A stretch of DNA of 54,809 bases from Tolypothrix carrinoi HA7290-LM1 (lineage in GTDB: Bacteria; Cyanobacteriota; Cyanobacteriia; Cyanobacteriales; Nostocaceae), in the NCBI GenBank assembly GCA_019358935.1, contig JAHHIK010000056.1, positions 1 to 54,809 of the forward strand, in the 5' to 3' direction. Made by a program: the position numbers and the translations under genes. The notes under the pieces were generated by a model. It had not been told where the DNA came from, did not search any database, and was given only the letters and a program-made list of their open reading frames with translations. Of the stretch, positions 19,423-30,100 are shown piece after piece. Each line of letters begins with the position of its first letter. The first letter of the stretch is position 1.

Positions 19423-20352
19423 ATGGAACTACGGCATCTACGGTACTTTATGACTTTAGCGGAGGAATTGCACTTTGGACGGGCAGCGGAACGGTTGCAT
19501 ATTGCCCAACCACCTTTAAGTCAACAAATCCGCCAATTAGAGACAGAATTAGGCTTTGAACTGTTTCACCGCACTAAACGAAAAGTGCAGTTAACTGAAG
19601 CAGGACAAGTTTTTCTAGATGAAGTGCAGCAAATATTCAAGCAATTAGAACAGGCAATTCAAGTTGGAAGGCAAACCAGTCGGGGGGAAATGGGACAACT
19701 GGTTATTGGCTTTGTTAGCTCTGCACCGTATAATATATTACCAAAAATTTTACGGGCATTTCGTAGCAGCGTTCCAGAAGTGAGGCTAGAGTTGCACGAA
19801 TTAACGACAAATGAACAGTTACGATGGTTGCGGGAAAGTCGAATTGATGTGGGGTTTGTGCGTCCACCTATAGAAGATGACACATTGAACTTTGAAATAA
19901 TTTTTCAAGAGTCGTTGATAATAGCATTACCTGATACACATGAGTTAGCAAATCATAGTAATGTTTGTTTGCGATCGCTTAAAAATGAGCCTTTCATTTT
20001 ATTTCCGCGTTTGTTAGCACCTGGACTCTACGATTTAATTATCAGTCTTTGTCAGCAAGCGGGTTTTAGTCCCAACGTCACACAAGAAGCGATTCAAATG
20101 CAAACAATTGTCAGCTTAGTCGCAGGTGGGTTGGGTATTGCGATTGTCCCAGAATCTCTGCAAAATTTGCAACGAACTGGGGTAGTATATAAAATTGTCC
20201 AAGAAGCGACTCCGAAAACAGCGATCGCGATAATTTGGCGACAAAACGATACATCTGCCACCGTGCAGAAGTTTTTGGAGATAGCAAGACTTGCAGTAAC
20301 CTTACAGAGCGTTCTTGTTTTGGAGGAGGACTTCAGTCCTCACTACGGTTAA
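19423..20352 (+). CDS. LysR-family transcriptional regulator
   Basis: MELRHLRYF..LAEELHFGRAAERLHIAQPPLSQQI. Confidence 0.96.
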   Translation: MELRHLRYFMTLAEELHFGRAAERLHIAQPPLSQQIRQLETELGFELFHRTKRKVQLTEAGQVFLDEVQQIFKQLEQAIQVGRQTSRGEMGQLVIGFVSSAPYNILPKILRAFRSSVPEVRLELHELTTNEQLRWLRESRIDVGFVRPPIEDDTLNFEIIFQESLIIALPDTHELANHSNVCLRSLKNEPFILFPRLLAPGLYDLIISLCQQAGFSPNVTQEAIQMQTIVSLVAGGLGIAIVPESLQNLQRTGVVYKIVQEATPKTAIAIIWRQNDTSATVQKFLEIARLAVTLQSVLVLEEDFSPHYG

Positions 20353-20361
20353 GAAGAAAGA

Positions 20362-21135
20362 TTAGGTTTCGCTTTCGCGTAGGGTGAGGATTTCTACGCC
20401 GTCTTCAGTCACAGCTAGGGTATGCTCAAACTGAGCGGAAAGTTTGCGATCGCGTGTGACAGCTGTCCATTTATCGCTGAGAATCTCAACTTCCCAAGTG
20501 CCTTCGTTAATCATTGGCTCGATAGTAAAAACCATCCCCGCTCTAAGACGCTTGCCTTTGCCCCGCGTGCCATAATGAAGAATTTCCGGTGCAGTGTGGA
20601 AAATATTACTCACACCATGTCCGGCAAAGTCTCGCACCACTGAAAAGCCTTGCGCTTCCGCATATTCTTGAATTGCCGCACCAATATCGCCAATGCGTGC
20701 CCCTGGCTTCACCTCAGCAATACCTAATCTCAGGCATTCTTGTGTCACCTCAACCAGCTTTTTCGCTTTTAAAGAAGGCTTACCAACGAAGAATGTTTTG
20801 GATGTATCGCCGTGGTAGCCTTCAACTAGTGGTGTGACATCAATATTAATAATGTCGCCTTCTTTGAGGATTTGTTTGGCGTTAGGTATGCCGTGACAAA
20901 CTACTTCATTTACACTGGTGCAAATTGACTTGGGAAAACCTCTGTAACCCAAAGGTGCGCTTTTTGCTTTATGTGCCTGCGTCCAACGTTCCGCTTCATC
21001 ATTGAGTTGCAAAGTGCTAACTCCCGGCTTGACCATTGGTTCAAGATGGTGTAGTAATTCGGCTGCCAAACGTCCGGCTTGACGCATTTTGTCTATTTCT
21101 CTGTGAGATAAAAGAACGATGGTTTCGCTTTTCAT
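20362..21135 (-). CDS. map: Methionine aminopeptidase type I
   Basis: CTSVNEVVCHGIP, DIINIDVT, HGDTS, FTIEPMI and SAQFEHT. Confidence 0.97.
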   Translation of the reverse strand: MKSETIVLLSHREIDKMRQAGRLAAELLHHLEPMVKPGVSTLQLNDEAERWTQAHKAKSAPLGYRGFPKSICTSVNEVVCHGIPNAKQILKEGDIINIDVTPLVEGYHGDTSKTFFVGKPSLKAKKLVEVTQECLRLGIAEVKPGARIGDIGAAIQEYAEAQGFSVVRDFAGHGVSNIFHTAPEILHYGTRGKGKRLRAGMVFTIEPMINEGTWEVEILSDKWTAVTRDRKLSAQFEHTLAVTEDGVEILTLRESET

Positions 21136-21187
21136 ATAATTTAATCTAACTGGGGATTAAGGACTGGGGACTGGGGAAGAGAGATTT

Positions 21188-22213
21188 TTATGAGTTATCG
21201 ACACGACCCATATACATAGTTAAACCAGTCTCGGCTGCTTGCCTTGCGGCATCAGCAATTTTTAAAGTATACAAGCTTGCCTCTGGGGTAACGTACAAAG
21301 GAGTGCCATTAAAAAGACGATCTAAGACCATGTTTGTGTCTTTGGCAAATAAACCCCGCTTCGTACCCACCTCTATCGGCGTTGTTTTCCCATTTTCTAT
21401 TAAAACTCCTTTATCGCCCTCAAAAATTAATCCGCCGTTTTCGCCATGTACTTCAAACTTGCGTTCTGCTTGCCATAAAGTTTCACCTTTACCATAAACT
21501 ACTTGCGCTAAAAGTCCGCTGTTGAACGACAGTTGACTAATGCAAAAACAGCTTTGGTAATATTCTGTTTCTATTTCCCAAAATCGTTGATGGCAGTTAA
21601 CGGTAGTCACTTCACCAAACAAATCGGTGAAACGATGTAATCTAGATAACGCTCCTATTAAGGGAAACCCGAATAATTCATGGTTGAAAGTCCATTTGCG
21701 CGGTGCGGGGTTTTCAGGCTTAATGGTGCTGTAGCGCACATAGAATAAACCCCCAAGTTGCGGTAAGTATTGCTTTAAAGCTAAATGCAAACCGCCTAAA
21801 AGTTCGATATGTTCGACATGGAGAAGTTTATTTTGTGCTTTGGCTAAGGCAACAAGTTCTTCTGCTTCAACCACATCTAAAGAAAGGGGATATTCGACAA
21901 TTACATGTTTGCCAGCTTGCAGTGCTTTTCGTGCGATCGCTCCATGATCTCGATTTACATTACAAATTACCACCAAATCTATATCATCGCGCTCTAGTAG
22001 CTGTTGCCAAGAACTCATCGCTTCTGCTTGGTAGTTTGAAGCTAGAGATGCTGTTTTTTCTGGAGTATTACCGACAATGGCGACTAAATGCGATCGCTCG
22101 TCATGAAGAAATGTCTCAGCCCTTAATTTTGCCACATACCCAGTACCAATCAAACCCACGCCCACACTTGCTTTTTCCACAAAAGCCGCTCTCATCGTAC
22201 ATATCCTCACCAA
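21188..22213 (-). CDS. bvdR: Biliverdin reductase (Gfo/Idh/MocA family)
   Basis: GLIGTGY, KHVIVEYP, HVEHIELLGG and GFPLIGALSRLHR. The true start may be ~22195. Confidence 0.85.
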   Translation of the reverse strand: MVRICTMRAAFVEKASVGVGLIGTGYVAKLRAETFLHDERSHLVAIVGNTPEKTASLASNYQAEAMSSWQQLLERDDIDLVVICNVNRDHGAIARKALQAGKHVIVEYPLSLDVVEAEELVALAKAQNKLLHVEHIELLGGLHLALKQYLPQLGGLFYVRYSTIKPENPAPRKWTFNHELFGFPLIGALSRLHRFTDLFGEVTTVNCHQRFWEIETEYYQSCFCISQLSFNSGLLAQVVYGKGETLWQAERKFEVHGENGGLIFEGDKGVLIENGKTTPIEVGTKRGLFAKDTNMVLDRLFNGTPLYVTPEASLYTLKIADAARQAAETGLTMYMGRVDNS

Positions 22214-22521
22214 TTCTGTTTATCTTTCTGTATAGGACTGAGTTAATTGCTTCAGCCGTTTATAACGCTTTAGTAAACTTGTAAACCTCTGGGCAAGGCT
22301 GAACCGCGAATGGTAATTTCCGTAAACCAAAGTGATTTGTTCATAAATTCGGGATTTTTCCAGATTATAGTCCTTTCTGGTAGCATCCATATAACGATAA
22401 ATATATATAAGTAAAACTCATCAGGATTAACTAACTAAATTTCATTACTAATCGCGTTCAAATTCCAGTTACATCGTTTAGTTTTTCTCGTAGTATCAGA
22501 ATTGAAGCAAATTTGAATAAA

Positions 22522-22545
22522 CGGCTGAACTTATTAGTTCAGCCG
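22522..22545 (+). promoter_or_regulatory. Hairpin in the petF leader region
   Basis: CGGCTGAACT-TATT-AGTTCAGCCG perfect stem about 50 nt before the ATG. Confidence 0.45.
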
Positions 22546-22596
22546 ATAGTTTGCTTTAGGATAACTTATACGGTCTGCAAAAGAGAGGATTAAGAA

Positions 22597-22899
22597 ATGC
22601 CAACTTTTAAAGTGACACTGGTCAGCGAAGCTGAAGGTCTTAACGAAACCATCGACGTTAAAGATGATGAGTATATTCTAGACGCTGCTGAAGAAGCTGG
22701 TCTTGACCTGCCTTATTCTTGTCGCGCTGGTGCTTGTTCTACTTGTGCAGGTCAACTGACATCGGGTTCTGCTCCAGACCAGTCTGACCAGTCTTTCTTA
22801 GACGACGAGCAAATTGAAGCTGGATATATTTTGACTTGTGTGGCTTACCCAACCGGAGACTGCACAATCCAAACCCACAAAGAAGAAGACCTTTACTAA
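22597..22899 (+). CDS. petF: 2Fe-2S plant-type ferredoxin
   Basis: [13 protein letters not shown]...DQSFLD...LTCVAYP. Confidence 0.96.
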   Translation: MPTFKVTLVSEAEGLNETIDVKDDEYILDAAEEAGLDLPYSCRAGACSTCAGQLTSGSAPDQSDQSFLDDEQIEAGYILTCVAYPTGDCTIQTHKEEDLY

Positions 22900-22928
22900 G
22901 AGTTTGGCGCTTCAGTAATCAACGATAA

Positions 22929-23025
22929 TAGGACTTACGCACCCACTAAAGTCTTGTAGGGGCAATTCATGAATTGCCCCTACGTAAATTCAAGCTTTGA
23001 CGACGAAGGAAGTGCGTAAGTCCTA
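22929..23025. mobile_element. MITE with 14-bp TIRs carrying a GTAG REP
   Basis: TAGGACTTACGCAC...GTGCGTAAGTCCTA, GATAA duplicated on both flanks, internal GTAGGGGCAATTCATGAATTGCCCCTAC. Confidence 0.88.
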
Positions 23026-23147
23026 GATAAAAACATTCATTGATCGCACACGCTGTAAAGACTGGTAAATAAAAGAAGCAGCACAAATGAGAAAAAATAA
23101 TTCCTCTATTGTGTCTGCTCTTTTTGCGTAGTGAGCGCGAATTCCTA

Positions 23148-24821
23148 CTAAGGCTTAATGTTGTTGCTCAGAATTTGAATTTGCGTGTCGGGATAGTAGA
23201 ACTGGAGAATTTTTGCACTTGCCCAACCGAGTTTAGCTAAACTTTGAGCGCCAGTTTGACTCAAACCAACTCCATGTCCTAAACCACCGCCAATAAAAGC
23301 ATATCCCCACAGTTTAGATTCGCCTTTACTCAAGGGTTGCAGATAAAAAAGCGTACTTCTGGGTGCGGCAAAGGCGCTGCGAACTTCATCTTTGTATAAA
23401 CTAAAAGTGCCAATATCTGTTTTGACGTTTAGTTTGAGTATGCGTCCGCTTTTACTGCGCTCTACTACCGTCATCTCTTTAATGGTTTTAAACTTGGCAA
23501 AGGGACTCTTTTTGACTGTGAGAAATTTCTGCAAGTCTTTGGTAATGTCTTGGAGGCTGCTTTCAAAACGCCAGCGAAACAGTTCGCGATCGCTTTCGTT
23601 AAATCCTTCTTTGCGATTGATAAACCGCTGAAAGTTCTCTTCTGAAGCTAAACTCTCATCCGATAAACTCCAAAAATTAACTGCCGCATCCAGCACCGGT
23701 CGTAAATATGGGCGATCGTCACCATTCCAAACATCGCTAAACGAAGCTGTCACACCGCCTGTGGTGGAAGAATATAATGCATCCACTAGCTGATTATTAT
23801 AAGTTAGTACCATCCCCCTTGTGGAAGCGATCGCTTTATCTGTGGCGGGAGAAACGTCATTCAGCCCATAATAAACTTGGCAGTGAGTGTCCGCGCACAA
23901 TTGATACCCATCTACTTCAAATCTGCGTACATTCCGCAAAACGTAAGTCCGCGCCAAAATCGCTTGTGCTTCTAGCGAGGCTACAGGCGCCGAATTGCCA
24001 ATTTCATAAGGCACAACCCCGCGCAAATAAGTTTCTAAAGGCACTTCATTCACTAAAGTGTAAGTACCATAGGCGTTTGACTGTAACTCTAGGCGTCCTG
24101 GATAAAGACGAGCATTTTCTGGTTTTTTACCTTCATTCACCCGAATCAAGTTTTTATCGCTGCTAATTTCCAACTTATTTGGGCTGTAGCGGTTGCCATT
24201 TACTACCCAACTCACTCGCGGCACTTGTTTGATAATTTGAGTGTCGATAAATACCGTTGTTGTCTTTGTATTTTTTTGCACGCTTTGCAATAGCAAGCGC
24301 CGCAATAACGGAGTTTTGTATACATCACGTTTCGCCCAAACTTGCCAGCGTTCTGGCTGTGCTATTTCTACTTGTATTCCTTTGTTACGCCAGCTTTGGG
24401 CGTTGTCTTCCGCAGTTTCAAAGGTACGGAAAGTGCCTAAAACTACTTTCTCCTCAACTATCGGTTGAGGTAAAGCTTGCATAACTGTTTCCAGTTTTAC
24501 CGGGTTAGTGGTAACTAGGGTTTGCTCTGTTTTGTTGACTGTAAATTTCAGCTTTAAGCGATCGCCTTTTGTCGGCTCTAGTTGCAGCTGCTCTGTGGGT
24601 TTATCCCCAAATCGCTGCACAATCCCAATTCTTAGTTCTACATCTTTTGCTTTGCTCCCAGGACTTGATGCACCAGTCAGCCCCAATAAGCAAAATGTCG
24701 TCAGTACTGCGTAAGAAAAACGCCATAAGGTGATTTTCATCGTTACTGACTTGATTGTGCCCCCAGTCTGACTTTGGGGTGGATGATCGATTTGCTTTAC
24801 AGCGTAGTGGTTTTGTCGCAT
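23148..24821 (-). CDS. SpoIID/LytB domain protein
   Basis: YLRGVVPYE, LEAQAILARTY, CQVY and GHGVGLSQTGA. The start may be ~24741. Confidence 0.92.
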   Translation of the reverse strand: MRQNHYAVKQIDHPPQSQTGGTIKSVTMKITLWRFSYAVLTTFCLLGLTGASSPGSKAKDVELRIGIVQRFGDKPTEQLQLEPTKGDRLKLKFTVNKTEQTLVTTNPVKLETVMQALPQPIVEEKVVLGTFRTFETAEDNAQSWRNKGIQVEIAQPERWQVWAKRDVYKTPLLRRLLLQSVQKNTKTTTVFIDTQIIKQVPRVSWVVNGNRYSPNKLEISSDKNLIRVNEGKKPENARLYPGRLELQSNAYGTYTLVNEVPLETYLRGVVPYEIGNSAPVASLEAQAILARTYVLRNVRRFEVDGYQLCADTHCQVYYGLNDVSPATDKAIASTRGMVLTYNNQLVDALYSSTTGGVTASFSDVWNGDDRPYLRPVLDAAVNFWSLSDESLASEENFQRFINRKEGFNESDRELFRWRFESSLQDITKDLQKFLTVKKSPFAKFKTIKEMTVVERSKSGRILKLNVKTDIGTFSLYKDEVRSAFAAPRSTLFYLQPLSKGESKLWGYAFIGGGLGHGVGLSQTGAQSLAKLGWASAKILQFYYPDTQIQILSNNIKP

Positions 24822-24862
24822 GAGCTACCTAATGATATCATTGCTTATTTTGCATGAAAAAC

Positions 24863-24891
24863 TTGCAAAACGAAGTCATAACGATTATGAT
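24863..24891 (+). promoter_or_regulatory. srxA promoter overlapped by a Per/Fur-like 7-1-7 box
   Basis: TTGCAA-N17-TATGAT; TCATAAC-G-ATTATGA at 24876-24890. Confidence 0.6.
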
Positions 24892-24933
24892 TTATGTAGA
24901 AACACAAAAAAGAACTAGACAAGGATATCCCTT

Positions 24934-25197
24934 ATGGTTAGGGTACAAGAAATTCCACTAAATCAGATAAAACGTCCTTTACCCCGTGCCAACGATCCGC
25001 AAAAAGTGCAAGCCTTGATGGAATCAATTGGTGCGATCGGGCAGCAAGAACCGATAGATGTCCTAGAAGTAGATGGACAGTATTATGGCTTTTCAGGTTG
25101 CCATCGTTACGAAGCTTGCCAGCGCTTAGGCAAAGAAACAGTCTTAGCCAGAGTCCGCAAAGCACCCAAGAGCGTTTTGAAGATGCATTTGGCGTAA
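24934..25197 (+). CDS. srxA: Sulfiredoxin
   Basis: PIDVL...YYGFSGCHRYEA catalytic motif, ParB-like fold. Confidence 0.95.
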   Translation: MVRVQEIPLNQIKRPLPRANDPQKVQALMESIGAIGQQEPIDVLEVDGQYYGFSGCHRYEACQRLGKETVLARVRKAPKSVLKMHLA

Positions 25198-25218
25198 GAA
25201 AAGTTAATTCTTGGTTAA

Positions 25219-25548
25219 TTGTTGGTTGATAGTTGTTAGTTGATAGTTGGTGGTTGATAGTTGGTGGTTGATAGTTGGTGGTTGATAGTGGGCATGGGGC
25301 ATTGGGCAATGGGCAATGGGCATTGGTAATAAAAGATGCTTTCCATGACGCCAGATGCTTCAAGTCGGCGGAGCCGGATGCCAGGTGCCTCAAGTCGGGA
25401 AACCCGCCCACGGCACTGGCTCCCCAACGCACTGGCTCCCCCATGCCCCATACCCCATGCCCCATGCCCCATGCCCCACTATCCACTAACAACTAACCAC
25501 TAACCACTAACAACTAACAACTATCCACTAACCCTTAACAACCAACTA
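25219..25548. repeat. Inverted STRR tracts (TAGTTGG/CCACTAA, GGGCAT/ATGCCCC) enclosing a nested SDR pair (25347-25438)
   Basis: Tandem heptamers in opposite orientation around ACGCCAGATGC...[GATGCCAGGTGC...GCACTGGCTC]...AACGCACTGGCT. Confidence 0.85.
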
Positions 25549-25565
25549 ATAATCCGGAGAATTTT

Positions 25566-26057
25566 ATGCAAACGCAAGAAACAGCTAAAAACGTAAATAT
25601 CGGCATTGATGATACCAGTCGGGCTAAAATTGCTGATGGATTATCGCACCTATTAGCTGACACTTATACGCTGTATCTGAAAACTCACAATTTCCATTGG
25701 AATGTCAAAGGACCGATGTTTCAAACTTTGCATATCATGTTTGAGACACAGTATACAGAGTTAGCTCTAGCAGTTGATTTAATTGCCGAACGCATCAGAG
25801 CGCTGGGTTATCCTGCACCGGGAACTTATAGTGAGTATGCGAAACTGAGTTCGATCGCAGAAACTCCTGGAGTTCCTAAAGCTACCGACATGATTCAGTT
25901 GTTAGTGGAAGGACAAGAAGCTGTAGTGCGAACTGCACGTTCTATTTTTCCTGTGGTGGAAGAAGTGAATGATGAACCTACAGCGGATTTATTGACTCAA
26001 CGGATGCAAGTACATGAAAAGACTGCTTGGATGTTGAGAAGTTTGTTGGAAGAATAA
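25566..26057 (+). CDS. dps: Dps DNA-protection/ferritin-like protein
   Basis: [18 protein letters not shown] and [11 protein letters not shown]. Confidence 0.96.
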   Translation: MQTQETAKNVNIGIDDTSRAKIADGLSHLLADTYTLYLKTHNFHWNVKGPMFQTLHIMFETQYTELALAVDLIAERIRALGYPAPGTYSEYAKLSSIAETPGVPKATDMIQLLVEGQEAVVRTARSIFPVVEEVNDEPTADLLTQRMQVHEKTAWMLRSLLEE

Positions 26058-26200
26058 GAATGGTAATGGGGCATGGGGCATGGGGCATGGGGCATGGGAA
26101 ATTGAAGAGGGGACTCATGGACTCATGGGAAAAGCCCAATGCCCATTGCCCATTGCCCATTGCCCATTGCCCATTGCCCAATTCCCAATTCCCAATTCTT

Positions 26201-26860
26201 ATGAATGAGGCATTTTCGTTAAACTTCACCCATGCGTTGCAAAACTTAATGCAACGTGTGGGTGTTTCTAGTTTTAAAGCTTTGAGTCAAGCTGCTGGTG
26301 TTTCAGAGCGGCAAATTTTGCGGTTGCGACGGGGAGAAGTTCAGCAGATGCGAGTAGATGTACTGCTCAAACTATCGCAAGTGTTACAGATGCCGTTGAG
26401 TGAATTAATCGCAACTTTTTCTCAGGTGGAGTTGGTGAAAGAGAATGCATCAAATCAAGAATTGTTACAAGAAATAACGAATTTAAAAACAGAGTATCAG
26501 CGATCGCTTCTGCAATTAGAACAACAGCGCGAAGTATTGCAGCAAGAGTTTCAGCAAACAAGTTTGCAATTGCTAGAGTCTTTGTTATTGCAATTTCCCA
26601 CCGCAGCACAGAAAGCGCAAGAGAATCCGCAGCTAGCAGCGGTAAAAATATTGCCTTTGGTACAAAAACCTTTAGAAAAATTATTACAACAATGGAAAGT
26701 GGAAGCGATCGCACCCGTGGGAGCTGAATTATCCTACGATCCGCAGATACATCAATTGATGTCAGGGACAGCACAACCCGGAGAAAAAGTCAAGATACGT
26801 TATACAGGCTACCGTCAAGGTGATAAGCTGCTTTATCGAGCTAAAGTCAGTTTAGTTTGA
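26201..26860 (+). CDS. XRE-HTH / coiled-coil / GrpE-like fusion protein
   Basis: N-terminal HTH (LSQAAGVSERQILRLRRG); C-terminal YDPQIHQ...PGEKVKIRYTGYRQGDKLLYRAKV. The ORF extension from 26027 is STRR-derived. Confidence 0.82.
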   Translation: MNEAFSLNFTHALQNLMQRVGVSSFKALSQAAGVSERQILRLRRGEVQQMRVDVLLKLSQVLQMPLSELIATFSQVELVKENASNQELLQEITNLKTEYQRSLLQLEQQREVLQQEFQQTSLQLLESLLLQFPTAAQKAQENPQLAAVKILPLVQKPLEKLLQQWKVEAIAPVGAELSYDPQIHQLMSGTAQPGEKVKIRYTGYRQGDKLLYRAKVSLV

Positions 26861-27108
26861 GAGAGGGGGATGGGGGGATGGGGGGAGTGGGGGGATGGGG
26901 AGATGGGGGGACAAGGGGACAAGGGGGACAAGGAGGACAAGGGGGATTATCCTCACAACCATCAACTAACGACCAACAACTAACAACTAACCACTAACAA
27001 CCAACAAGCAAAATGTTGAAAAATTAAAAAGATTGGGAATACTAAAAAATGTAGAGGCGATCGCCTTGTCATCGTTACAACAATGGTGTATCTAATTTTC
27101 TTCTATCG

Positions 27109-30100
27109 GTGGATGAAACGCTAACACAAGGGACTTCGGGTATGCAAAAGGACAACAACACAAATGAGTCTGTGTCTCAACTACAGGTACTCAGCAATAA
27201 TTGTCCACCGAGACAGCAATTAAATGAGGAATTAGAAGCCAGAGTAGAAGAACGCACTGCCGAACTCAATCGCGTGGTTGTTCAGTTGAAGGAAGAAGTT
27301 AAGAAACGCATCGAGATAGAAAATAAACTGCGATCGTCAGAACAGTTTTTGCAGTTGGTCATCGATAGCATCCCACAGTTAATTTTTTGGAAAGACAGAA
27401 ATTCTGTATATCTTGGCTGCAACCAGAAATTTGCCTTGATTGCGGGTGTAGGTTTGCCAGAAAATATTATTGGCAAGACTGACTATGATTTGCCTTGGAA
27501 AAAAGAAGAAACTGAGTGGTTTCGAGAGTGCGATCGCGAAGCGTGTGCGAAGCACTCTCGCCGCGTTATGGAATCTGACACTCCAGAATTACATATCATT
27601 GAGCCACAAAAAACGGCTGATGGCAAGCAGATTTGGGTAGATACTAATAAAATTCCTTTGCGGGATGCTGACGGTAATGTGGTAGGTATTCTTGGTACTG
27701 CCGAAGACATCAGCGAACGCAAACAAACTGAGTCAGCTTTACGCCAAAGTGAAGCCAAATTGCAAAAGCTATCAGCAAATGTTCCAGGAATGTTGTATCA
27801 GTTTATGTTACATCCTGATGGCTCTTTTTCTTTTCCTTTTATTAGTTCTGGTTCTTATCAAGTGTACGGGTTGACACCAGAAGAAATTCAAGCAGATCCC
27901 AACAGAATATTGTCTCTGCTCGATTTAATTCAACGTGAGAAGTATGAGCAATCTATCACCGTTTCTGCTCAGACATTGCAACCTTGGCAGTGGGAAGGAC
28001 AAATTGTCATGCCCTCTGGACAAGTAAAATGGCTACAAGCTGCATCCCGTCCAGAATTGCAAGCGGATCGATCGATTATCTGGGATGGCTTGGTGATGGA
28101 TGTTACCCATATTAAACAGACAGAAGAGGCACTTCACCAAGCTTATACAGAACTGGAAAGACGTGTAAAAGAGCGAACTCAAGAATTAGTACAAAGCAAC
28201 CAAGCGCTACAAGCTGAAATTGCCGATCGCCAACAAATAGAAGCTGCCTTAATGCTTTACAAGCAAGCAGTAGAAAGCTCAAGTGATGCGATTGGCATAG
28301 CGGATGCAGCAGGCAATCATATTTACCAGAATCCGGCATTCTGCAAACTTTACGAATGCCAAACACCGCAAGCATTCATAGAATTTGGTGGCATTAAGAG
28401 TGTAATTATTGACCCAACAATGGCTCAAAAGATACAGCAAACCATCATTTCTGGTGAATCTTGGATTGGTGAGGTTCAGCAAAAATCTGTTAGTGGTCGG
28501 ATGATGCAGACTTTGTTAAGGTCATATCCGATTAAAGATTTTACAGGCAAAAACATCGGTATGGTTTGCGCTATTACCGACATTACAGAGCGCAAACGAG
28601 CTTTATCAGCCCTACGAGAGCAAGAACAGTTTTTGCGTAGTATGTATGATGGCGTTGAACATGTAATATTTTTGGTTGACGTTCTGGAAAATAATGACTT
28701 CTGCTATGCAGGTTGGAACATTGCCGCAGAAAACGTCACGGGTATAAGCAGTGCAGAAATAGCCGGTAAAACATTAGAGTATTTACATGGTACAGTTAAA
28801 GGCGCAAAAGTGCGTCAGGACTTGACTAAATGTCTGGAAATTAAAATACCAATTAGCTATGAAGAATATCTGACTTTTCAAGGTGAAGAATCTTGGTGGT
28901 TGACTACTATCAATCCCCTCAAAGACAGTGAAGGGAGAATTTACCGATTGGTGGGGACAACATTTAATATAAGCGAGCGGCTTGCCGCGCTGCGCGAACG
29001 CAAACGAGCAGAAACTCAACTGCAACAGCAAGAAGAATTCCTTCGCACAGTCTTCGATGGCTCGGAAAATCCTATATTTGTAGTGGATGTTCAAGAAGAC
29101 GGTGAATTTCGCCATGTAGCTTATAATAGCGCCGCAGAGCGTGCCACGGGTTTTTCGCGTACAGAAGTAATCGGTAAAACTCCAGAACAATTGCATGGTG
29201 CAGTTCCAGGTGCAGCAGTGCGTCGGAATTTCGCAAGCTGCCAAGAAGCAGGTAAGTCTATTACCTACGAAGAATGCTTGACTTTTCACGGTGAAGAAAC
29301 TTGGTGGTTGACTACGATTAATCCGCTTCAAGACAGCGAAGGGAGAATTTACCGATTGGTGGGGACAACATTTAATATAAGCGATCGCAAACGAGCAGAA
29401 GCAACTTTAATAGAGCAAGAGCAATTCCTCCGCAGTGTCTTCCAGGGATCGGAAAATCCCATATTTGTGATAGATGTTCTCTTTGACGGTGACTTCCGCT
29501 ATGCGGGATGCAACACAGCTACAGAACGTGTGACTGGTCTAAGTAGTGCCGAAGTAATTGGTAAAACACCTGAGTATGTACATGGTGCAATTGAAGGTGC
29601 AGCAGTGCGTCAGCGATACACAAACTGCTTAAAAGCAGGTATACCAATAAGCTATGAAGAATGCTTGACTCTTCTGGATGAAGAAACTTTTTGGTTGACT
29701 ACGATTAATCCGCTTCAAGACAGCGAAGGGAGAATTTACCGATTAGTGGGGACAACATTAAATATAAGCGATCGCAAACGAGCCGAAGCAACTTTACTAG
29801 AGCAAGAGCAATTCCTTCGCTGCGTCTACGATGGGTCGGAAAATTCCCTGTTTGTAGTGGATGTTCTCTTTGACGGTGATTTCCGCTATGCTGGTTGGAA
29901 TGCAGCTACAGAACGTAACACTGGTTTGTTGAGTGCAGAAATAGTCGGTAAAACTCCAGAAGAATCGCTTGGTGAAGTTCAAGGGGCACAAGTTCGTCAG
30001 CAATACCTAAAATGCTTGCAAGCAAATGCACCTTATACCTCTGAAGAATGCCACACTTTTTTAGGTAAACAAATTTGGTCGTTAGCAACCGTTAATCCCT

